A stretch of DNA of 45,698 nucleotides. Origin: Octopus bimaculoides. Taxonomy: Eukaryota. Below the pieces are notes generated by a model, which was not told where the DNA came from, did no database searches, and worked only from the letters and a program-made list of their open reading frames with translations. Numbering within the stretch: position 1 is the stretch's first letter; each line of letters begins with the position of its first letter. The DNA is taken from positions 46,557,085-46,602,782 of the forward strand of contig NC_068998.1 in assembly GCF_001194135.2 (NCBI RefSeq). The letters are read 5' to 3'. The position numbers were made by a program, and so were the translations under genes. Positions 37,691 through 45,698 of this stretch are shown here, piece by piece.

Positions 37691-37905
37691 TAACATTAAC
37701 CACTTTACAAAATATACTTACTACATAGTGTGGTACTTGTGTCAAAGTGATCGAAACACAGTTATCTAGCCTGGGCTGTTACTTTGACAGTAGAAACTTC
37801 AGAAGAGCCAAAATCAATAATCTTGCAGCTGTGATGATTGATCAGTGGATCAATATCAAATTTCTTTTTCTCACCAACTGCTTACTTAACTTGGTCATTG
37901 CAGTG

Positions 37906-37954
<49 letters not shown>

Positions 37955-38927
37955 GGGACAGTACTGCAGTTATACAGACACAAATATCACAGACCAACAT
38001 TACAATACTGCTTACATATCTGGGACAGTGCTGTTGTTACATACACAAACATCATAGACAAACAAATTACATTGTAGGGTAGGTAGAGAGGCAGGATCTG
38101 GCCAGTTTGAACATAAAACTGGTGGAATATTTAGGCCAGATATGGCCAGTTAAATGTCAAAGGGCCAATTCTGCTTCAACTGATGTAAAACAGAAAAGCA
38201 TGGGGGAGGTGCAGGGTGGTGTGTCTGACCCTTAAAAGCTTTTTTTCTTTTTTTCCCCCTTTGTACCTAGAACAAGGAATCATTTCTAGTTTGCATTGAT
38301 TTTTACAATTTCCCTTTTACTCCCTTCCTTCCCTACTCTCCTAGTCCCCTCACATTGAGTCTAAACTAAGGCTATTGAGTGATAATACAGTAGAGGGTGG
38401 GGCGGTATTAGAGGTGAATGGGTTGGGGTGGGGTATCCCCCTTTTTTTTTACTTCCTTTTTAATCAGAATGAGATAGGTGGTGGTGGGGCAACTTGTGTA
38501 TCACCCCCCTCCAATCCCCTCCACCGTCCCTGCTCCTTCCCTCACCGGAAATAAACCAACACCCCTCACCTCAAACATAGGTAAATTTCACTTCACTTCT
38601 GGCCCACACCACCCCAGACTTCCTTCCCCCCCTGTTATCCCTTCTAGGTATTTTGCCTTCCCTTCTTTCTCTCTGTCTCTCTCTCTATTGTGGTGATGGT
38701 AGCAGTATAGAGGGCATTCAAAAAGGGGAGGGGAGATCATTTCTGTTTGTTCATCCTCCCAGCTTTTCACCATCACAAGTCCGCCTCCTCTCCTCCCCTG
38801 CAACTTTACACAAATCCATTCTACCACTTGTTCCACACTTCTATTGTTTCATTCTTCTGTGGCCAGGATACACAGATTGTGGTGTCTGTGTGTCTTTGTG
38901 CTTGTGTGTGTGTATGTATATCTGTTC

Positions 38928-38964
<37 letters not shown>

Positions 38965-39782
38965 AATGTGTGTGTTTGTGTCTATACCTATATGTGTGAG
39001 TATGTGTGTATGTGTATCTGTTAATATATATATGTCAATGTGTGAGTTTGTCTATACTTGTGTGGGTGTTTGTGTCTATACCTCTATGTGTAAGTATATG
39101 TGTTTGTGTGTGTGTACCTGTTAATATATATATGTCAATGTTTGTGTGTATCTGTTGTATGTTTGTCTGTGTGTATGTGTTCATGCATTTGTGTGTGTTG
39201 TGTAAACTAATCTTTATTCTCTTATATTTGTAATGTTTTAAATCCATCCCATAATGCAATGCTGTACCTTAACTGAGAAACAAAGCCCCCCCCCCATGTC
39301 GGAATCCAGCTCTCAACAACTTTAAACAAAGTATGTCCCAAACTTTCGAACAGTCTTGCATATTTTCACTGCCCAGATTCTTGTATTGTCCCTGCCACAC
39401 TGCAGTCATGGTTACAACCTTGCACTTAACTAACAGACTATACTTCCCCATCCATTTCTACATTTCACAAAACATGCATTTTAATGCTTCAGTAAATCAC
39501 TTGTCATAACTACCAGAAACATTATTTATGCAAATCGGATTTTCCAGTTTAGTGAAGTAGTTAATTGTCATAGCTCTCTCTCTGTCCTTCTCCCTCTCTC
39601 TCTCTCTCTCTCTCTGTGCTTATGTAACTTGCTATCCACCAGACTATCAGTTGTTGTTATACACTTCTGGTCACAATGGTCATCACATTGTTTTAGCTTT
39701 TGAATGATGCCACCCTGCTGGCTAGGTGGGTGAGCCACGCATATATATATATATATATATATATGGATATATATATATATGG

Positions 39783-39815
<33 letters not shown>

Positions 39816-39816
39816 A

Positions 39817-40079
39817 AATACAAACAATGGACAAGAATGGAAAACATCCAGACAGTTGGGTGATACAAAAAAGGGACAACAAAAACATCCAGAGAGACGA
39901 TACAAAGAAAACAAGGACGGGTCATTCGGAGTTCTCTTTCCTCAGTCGAGTTCCAGATTATCTTTGCAATTTCGGCTGGTTATACTTGAGATTGCTCCAA
40001 TCTGGCCAGCCCCAGGGAAAAACTAAGTTAAGAGCATTAGATTCCTTGGAAGAAAGCAGCGAATGTATACAAAACAAGG

Positions 40080-40080
<1 letters not shown>
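39817..40080 (-). mobile_element. Probable Penelope-like element remnant with degenerate hammerhead
   Basis: Minus strand contains CGA-CUGAGGA-AAGAG-aa-CUCC-GAAU-GACCC-GUC (39912-39950); flanked by (TA)n and (CA)n. Confidence 0.35.
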
Positions 40081-40116
<36 letters not shown>

Positions 40117-40754
40117 AAAGGCAGTGCTCCAGCATGGCCTATGACTAAAATAAGTTAAAGAATATATATATGTTTGTGTGTCTGTGTTTGTCCCTCCACA
40201 ATCATTTAACAACCTGCAAAAGAGACTGATAGAATAAGTACTTGACTTACAAAGAATAAGTCCTGGGGGTCAATTTGTTTGAGTTAAGGCGGTGCTCCAG
40301 CATGGCCGCAGTCAAATGACAGAAACAAACGAAAGAATAAAAGAATATATTTATACATGCACATATACATAGCAACAGAGTAGACTACATCAAAGTACCC
40401 GAGGTACCGGGTAATAGTATTAAAAAAATAATGTGTTTCGTCTACTGCCAAAATGTACTCTGTTCAAGTCCATTAATAATTATTGATACAAACATAGACT
40501 TATAACCTGAGTAGATTAATTGGAGATTTAGAAGCAATTATCTATATATATATTTTGTCTTTTTCTCGTTAAAATTCAATGAAATGTTTGGCTGCAGGAA
40601 AATTCATCAACCAATAATTAAGAACTGGAATTTACTCAGCAAATTGCTCGTTAGGGATTTGACAGTCGATTAGCAAAATCATTGACAAACAACTAACCAA
40701 TTAACATAGTCACTGACGGCAATTTATTGATTAATTACAAAATAAATTACCTTT

Positions 40755-41035
40755 AGGTGCAAGTGTGGCTGTGTGATTAAGAAGCTTGCTTCCCGGCCAT
40801 GTGGTCTTGGGTTCAGTTCCACTGCATGACACCTTGATGTTAGCTGTGTGTCTTTGTGTCTGTGTTTACGCCCCCTCCCCCCCCCCTAACTTAGCAGCTC
40901 GGCAAAAAGGAGTCGATAGCATAAGTACCAGGCTTAACAAAAAAATAAGTACTGGGGTCGATTCATTTGACTAAAAAAAATTCTTCAATGCAGTGCCCCA
41001 GCATGGCTGCAGTCTAATGAGTGAAACAGGTAAAA
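40755..41035 (+). mobile_element. SINE family A, internally deleted; further copies at 7406-7682, 10696-10846, 40120-40345, 43973-44145
   Basis: Head and tail similarity to 43042-43440. Confidence 0.7.
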
Positions 41036-41461
41036 AATAAATGACGAGGAGGAAAAGAATCGTTAGGTTCACAATTCCTAACAGTCCCTTCTATTTTTTT
41101 TTTTTAATCTTTCAGTACAGTCCCCAATATTTTTTGGCTCTTCAAAAGATGATTTTGCGCTAATTAGCAAATTATTGGATGGGTAAATTGTCGTCAGTGA
41201 AATAGCTGCTAATGATAGGATGTTTGGACACATGGAATCGTTCACATCTGCAGGACAGCTGACGTCTTCAAAAGTAGATTTAAGTTTGTTTCTTTTTTTC
41301 TTCTTTTTTTTGGGTGTTTTCTCTCTACCTCCTCTTCCCACCCAAACCCCACTAAAGGGCTTGTCTCATGTTTTATGGGAATGTCCCACTAAGTCTTGTA
41401 CTGTTTAAATATGGGAATGTACTCAATGTCTGATACGTATATAAATGTGTGCGTGTGTGTG

Positions 41462-41499
<38 letters not shown>

Positions 41500-42529
41500 A
41501 TGTGTATGTATGTGTGTATGTGTATATATANNNNNNNNNNTATATACACACACATACACACCCATGTCTGTGTGTGTATATGTGTATGTACATATATATA
41601 TATGCATACACACACATGTATATATGTACATACACATATATACACACATGTATTTATATATATTTACACACACACACACGTATGTATATATTTGTGTATG
41701 TGTGTGTATACATATATGTCTATACACACACACACACACACACACACGTATGTATATATGACAATGTTTATCCCAGGGCAATCCTTAAGTCATCCTCTGT
41801 CCTTCCCCCCCCCCACCAACTGTATATTGTTTTAACAACAACAACGGCAATGACACGGACAGCATGCCACAGAGAAAGGTCACACCTTGACGACATTTGA
41901 GGGATTGCACTGGTAACTATAGCTTCCACGGATATGTCATGTGATGTTGGGGCTTAAGACTGTTCTCACTATTGTGTGTGTGTGTGTATCTATCTTTATT
42001 TCAAATCAGTACTGATTGAGATGACCATTCCAGTCATGACTAACCTGCCTGTTTCATTTTAAGGACCAAAATCCATTATCAGACATGGCCTTCCATTTTT
42101 AGACAGCAGAGTGTGATTTTTCATGAGGTTTGGCTGCTATTACTAGCTTGTTGAGTGACCATGTTAATGCTTCCTCTTGTGTGTGTGTGTGTTGTGTTTC
42201 TCTTCTTTACTGTGATGGACTATTATCTTATCCAGGAGGAGTTTTAGCTCTTATTCACTTACGTTATAACCCCAGAATTATGTACGTGATCCTGTCTAAC
42301 CTAGTGTGCGATCACTAAGCATGCTAGAAATAAGTGACATCTCCCTCAACTTACTTTATTGTCTTAAGATAAGAAGAATATGAACACATTGGATAATGTA
42401 GTCTTAGATACATTTTGTTTGGGAAACAAATAGATAAGATGGTCCCAGCTGCAATACCTCAAATTAAGGCTAAACAACAACCACAACATTGATGATGATG
42501 ACGGTGGTGGTGGAGGTGGTGGTGGCGGC

Positions 42530-42880
42530 GATTTCAAGGGGAGGAGATTTGGTTAGTATCATTGACCCCAATTTCAACCTGGTACATTATTTGGTAGACC
42601 CTTGAAAGGATGAAAGGCAAAGTTGACCTCGGTGGGATTTGAACTCGCAATGTAAAGAGCTTGAAGAAAAACTTCAATCAGCCATTCTGCCATTACAATA
42701 ACAACAGTCACAGTAATGGTTTCTAATTTAGGTGTTAGGCCATCAATTTTTGAGGGGAGGGGTATTCATTGCTACCATCAACGTCAGTACTTGACAAGTG
42801 CTTTATTTTATTAACCTTGGAAAAAATGAAAGCAAAGTTGACCTCATTGGAATTTGAACTAAGAATGCAAAGAGCTAATT
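42530..42880 (-). mobile_element. Two tandem diverged copies of SINE family D
   Basis: GAAAGGCAAAGTTGACCTC and GAAAGCAAAGTTGACCTC cores. Confidence 0.7.
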
Positions 42881-43041
42881 ACAAGAAGCAATTAACTCTT
42901 TTGATACTAACAGATCTGAGAACTGCTCCTGGTTCTATGATAACAAACTTCCTGTTTTGAAATGATCTATGTTAAAACCTTCCATCAAGATTTTCTGTTA
43001 ATTTATGTTCCAAACATCAGATTAATAATCTTTTCTACTAT

Positions 43042-43206
43042 AGGTGCAGGAGTGGCTGTGTGGTAAGTAGCTTGCTTACCAACCACATGGTTCCGGGTTC
43101 ATTCCCACTGCGTGGCACCTTGGGCAAGTGTCTTCTACTATAGCCTCGGGCCGACCAATGCCTTGTGAGTGGATTTGGTAGACGGAAAACTGAAAGAAGC
43201 CCGTCG

Positions 43207-43237
<31 letters not shown>

Positions 43238-43440
43238 ATGTATGTTTGTGTCTGTGTTTGTCTCCCCAACATCGCTTGACAACCGATGCTGGTGTGTTTA
43301 TGTCCCCGTAACTTAGCAGTTCGGCAAAAGAGACTGATAGAATAAGTACTAGGCTTACAAAGAATAAGTCCTGGGGTCAATTTGCTCGACTAAAGGCGGT
43401 GCTCCAGCATGGCCACAGTCAAATGACTGAAACAAAGTAA
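43042..43440 (+). mobile_element. tRNA-derived SINE family A, near full length
   Basis: A-box-like TGGCTGTGTGGTAAG, B-box-like GGTTCATTCCC, internal (TA)n and conserved tail; many other copies in the window. Confidence 0.85.
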
Positions 43441-43449
43441 ATGAGTAGA

Positions 43450-43880
43450 TAGGCACAAGGCCTGAAATTTTTAGGAAAGATTGGGCTCGTTGGTTACATC
43501 AGCCCCAGTGCTCAACTGGTATCTATTTCATTGAGTTCAAATGTATGAATGGCAAAGTCAACCTTGGCAGAATTTGAACTCAGAATGTAAAGACAGATGA
43601 AATGCTGCCAAGCATTTTGTCCAGCAAGCTAGCAATTCTGCCAATTTACCACCAAACACTGCATTAATAATTCTATTGTAGCTTCAAGGCCCAAGGCCTG
43701 GAATTTCCTGGGAGAATGTTAGTCAATTACATCAACCCCAGTGTTCATTCAACTGGTACTTAGTTCATTGACCCCCGAATGATGAAATGTAAAGTTGACC
43801 TCAGTACCATTTGAACTTGTAATGTAAAGAGCCAGATGAAATGCTGCTAAGAATTTCATCTCACCTGCTTATAACTATGC
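43450..43880 (-). mobile_element. Two tandem copies of SINE family D
   Basis: AGGCCTG(G)AATTT...ATTTGAACT...TGCCA unit twice. Confidence 0.7.
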
Positions 43881-44150
43881 CAGTTCACCTGCTAACAACT
43901 ACCAAACAGCAGGTTAATAATGACAATTATTTTATACTAAATTCTTTATTATTTTAAAATTAAGACAAAGTCAGGTGCAGGCTTGGTTGTGTTGTAAGGA
44001 GTTCACTTCTCAACCACGGGGACATGGTTCTGAGTTCAGCCCCACCGTGTGGCACCTTGGGCTAGTGTCTTTCTACTATAACCTTGGGCCAACCAAAGCC
44101 TTGTGAGTGGACTTGGTAAACAGATACTGAAAGAAACCTGTTGTATATAT

Positions 44151-44186
<36 letters not shown>

Positions 44187-44470
44187 GGTGGTTGACTATT
44201 TTTCATGCAGTCTGACCACCNNNNNNNNNNTGGTTGACTATTTTTCATGCAGTCTGACCACCTCTTGTACTTACACCTTAGATCCATTATGGCATCTGAT
44301 GTGGCTTTTTAAACCCATACATTGTATTGAAAAGACACCCACATAGATTGGATATTTGATTTGGATCACCGAAAGCTGCAGTTAAGCTCTGATCTTTGTG
44401 GTTCTTAAAATGTCTTTTGAGGCCTCAGTTAGATTTGCAGACCTTATGGCACACACAGTATTGAAAGGTT

Positions 44471-44511
<41 letters not shown>

Positions 44512-44720
44512 NNNNNNNNNNNNNNNNNNNNNNNNNNNNNNNNNNNNNNNNNNNNNNNNNNNNNNNNNNNNNNNNNNNNNNNNNNNNNNNNNNNNNNNNN
44601 NNNNNNNNNNNNNNNNNNNNNNNNNNNNNNNNNNNNNNNNTAGCCAATAAAAACACACGCACTGTATATTTGGTGTTAATTTGCTTCAGCTTTATATTAC
44701 ATTAATCTTAATCTTATTTC

Positions 44721-44766
44721 GGCCAGAGTTCTTTCGTCACACTTCTGTGACCTCATCAGTGGTCCT
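44721..44766 (-). ncRNA. Minimal type I hammerhead ribozyme motif (Penelope-like-element type)
   Basis: Minus strand: GGACCA-CUGAUGA-G-GUCAC-agaagu-GUGAC-GAAA-G-aa-C-UC-UGGCC. Both core boxes are intact, stem II is 5 bp, the cleavage triplet is CUC, stem I is CCA/UGG, and stem III is very short as in PLE-associated motifs. Activity is untested. Confidence 0.65.
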
Positions 44767-44831
44767 TTGTTTCCTTCTTTCTTATGTGTGTCTCACCTTG
44801 CTAACTATCAGTTAAATACAAAATGGCTGAT

Positions 44832-44981
44832 AGTTTCCGCCTACCAAATCCACTCACAAGGCTTTGGTCGGCCCGAGGCTATAGTAGAAGACACTTGCCC
44901 AAGGTGTCATGCAGTGGGACTGAACCCGGAACCATGTGGTTGGTAAGCAAGCTACTTACCACACAGCCACTCCTGTGCCTA
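44832..44981 (-). mobile_element. SINE family A head, young copy
   Basis: Reverse complement nearly identical to 43046-43195. Confidence 0.85.
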
Positions 44982-45254
44982 TGTATTTAAAAAAGAAGCG
45001 TTAAAAGAAAGAGAATTGAGTTGACTTCAAGAAAAGTGTGAGTGTGACTGTAAAAGATTTGCCTGAAAAAAAAACAAGTCTCTTCCGAGCCATGCCAACG
45101 TGGAAACGACGATGTAAAAGTGATGATGGTGCAGGAGAAAAGAAAACATGCAGGGAGGCGTAACAGATGATGAAATATACCCAGTAACGTAACGGGTACT
45201 AAATTTAACAACAATCCTCACCAATTTATTCACCGCTACCACCATCACAATAGT

Positions 45255-45412
45255 CGTAATAATAGTGATGATAATAATAACAATATTAATAATGATGATG
45301 ATGATGATGATAATAGTGATGATGATGATGATGATGATAATAGTGATGATGATGATGATGATGATAGTGATAATAAAGATAACAGTAACAATAAGGACGT
45401 TGATGATGATGA
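45255..45412. repeat. (GAT/AAT)n trinucleotide tract
   Basis: Seen directly. Confidence 0.9.
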
Positions 45413-45698
45413 TGTTCTATCTACGCCCACCTCACTTTCGGCAGAGATCTGGAGGTGGGGAGAGCTGTGGTGGTGGTGGGGGTAGATGGTAAATAAGGGT
45501 ACAGGAAGGGTGGGTAGGAAGAGGTCTCCTTCATCCCTTCATCATCAGCCGCTCCTTTCCTTTCCTTGTTAACTCACCAAATTCTTATTTACTTTGCTTC
45601 CACCCCCCACCCCCCTCCATCCCCTCCTCCTCCTCCTATCCCATATTTTATCATGTTGCACCAACTGTATTGCATCAGCATCACCAACCACCACCACC

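Noticed and set aside
41090-41185. Strong pyrimidine tract plus TTTCAG as candidate acceptor for exon 2
   Set aside because: The phase-1 continuation (LQSPIFFGSSKDDFALISKLLDG*) stops early and does not resemble the NHS/WAVE continuation.

Overview
Repeat-rich, AT-rich animal genomic DNA from a draft assembly with N-gaps. The tRNA-headed SINE families and dense microsatellites suggest an octopus or related coleoid cephalopod (inference). Only one host coding segment is supported: the first coding exon (17024-17324, +, 100 codons plus 1 nt, GTAAGT donor) of a WAVE-homology-domain gene, most like the Nance-Horan syndrome/GUK-holder (NHS/NHSL) family. No second exon was recognised, so 17325-45698 is probably one long first intron. 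Most notable non-coding items: (1) a 2.58-kb non-autonomous Merlin (IS1595-like) DNA transposon with 136-bp TIRs, a perfect 8-bp TSD, a transposase C-terminal stub and a duplicated YY1/NRF1/ETS promoter-like cargo; (2) minimal hammerhead-ribozyme motifs of the Penelope-associated type, one nearly intact at 44721-44766 (-); (3) two long fold-back TA-flanked MITEs; (4) hAT, piggyBac-like and Helentron-type non-autonomous elements, an RTE LINE remnant, tandem SINE arrays and an E-box-rich degenerate repeat. Nearly all other ORFs in the supplied track are microsatellite or gap artefacts. All calls come from reading the sequence by eye; no searches were run.
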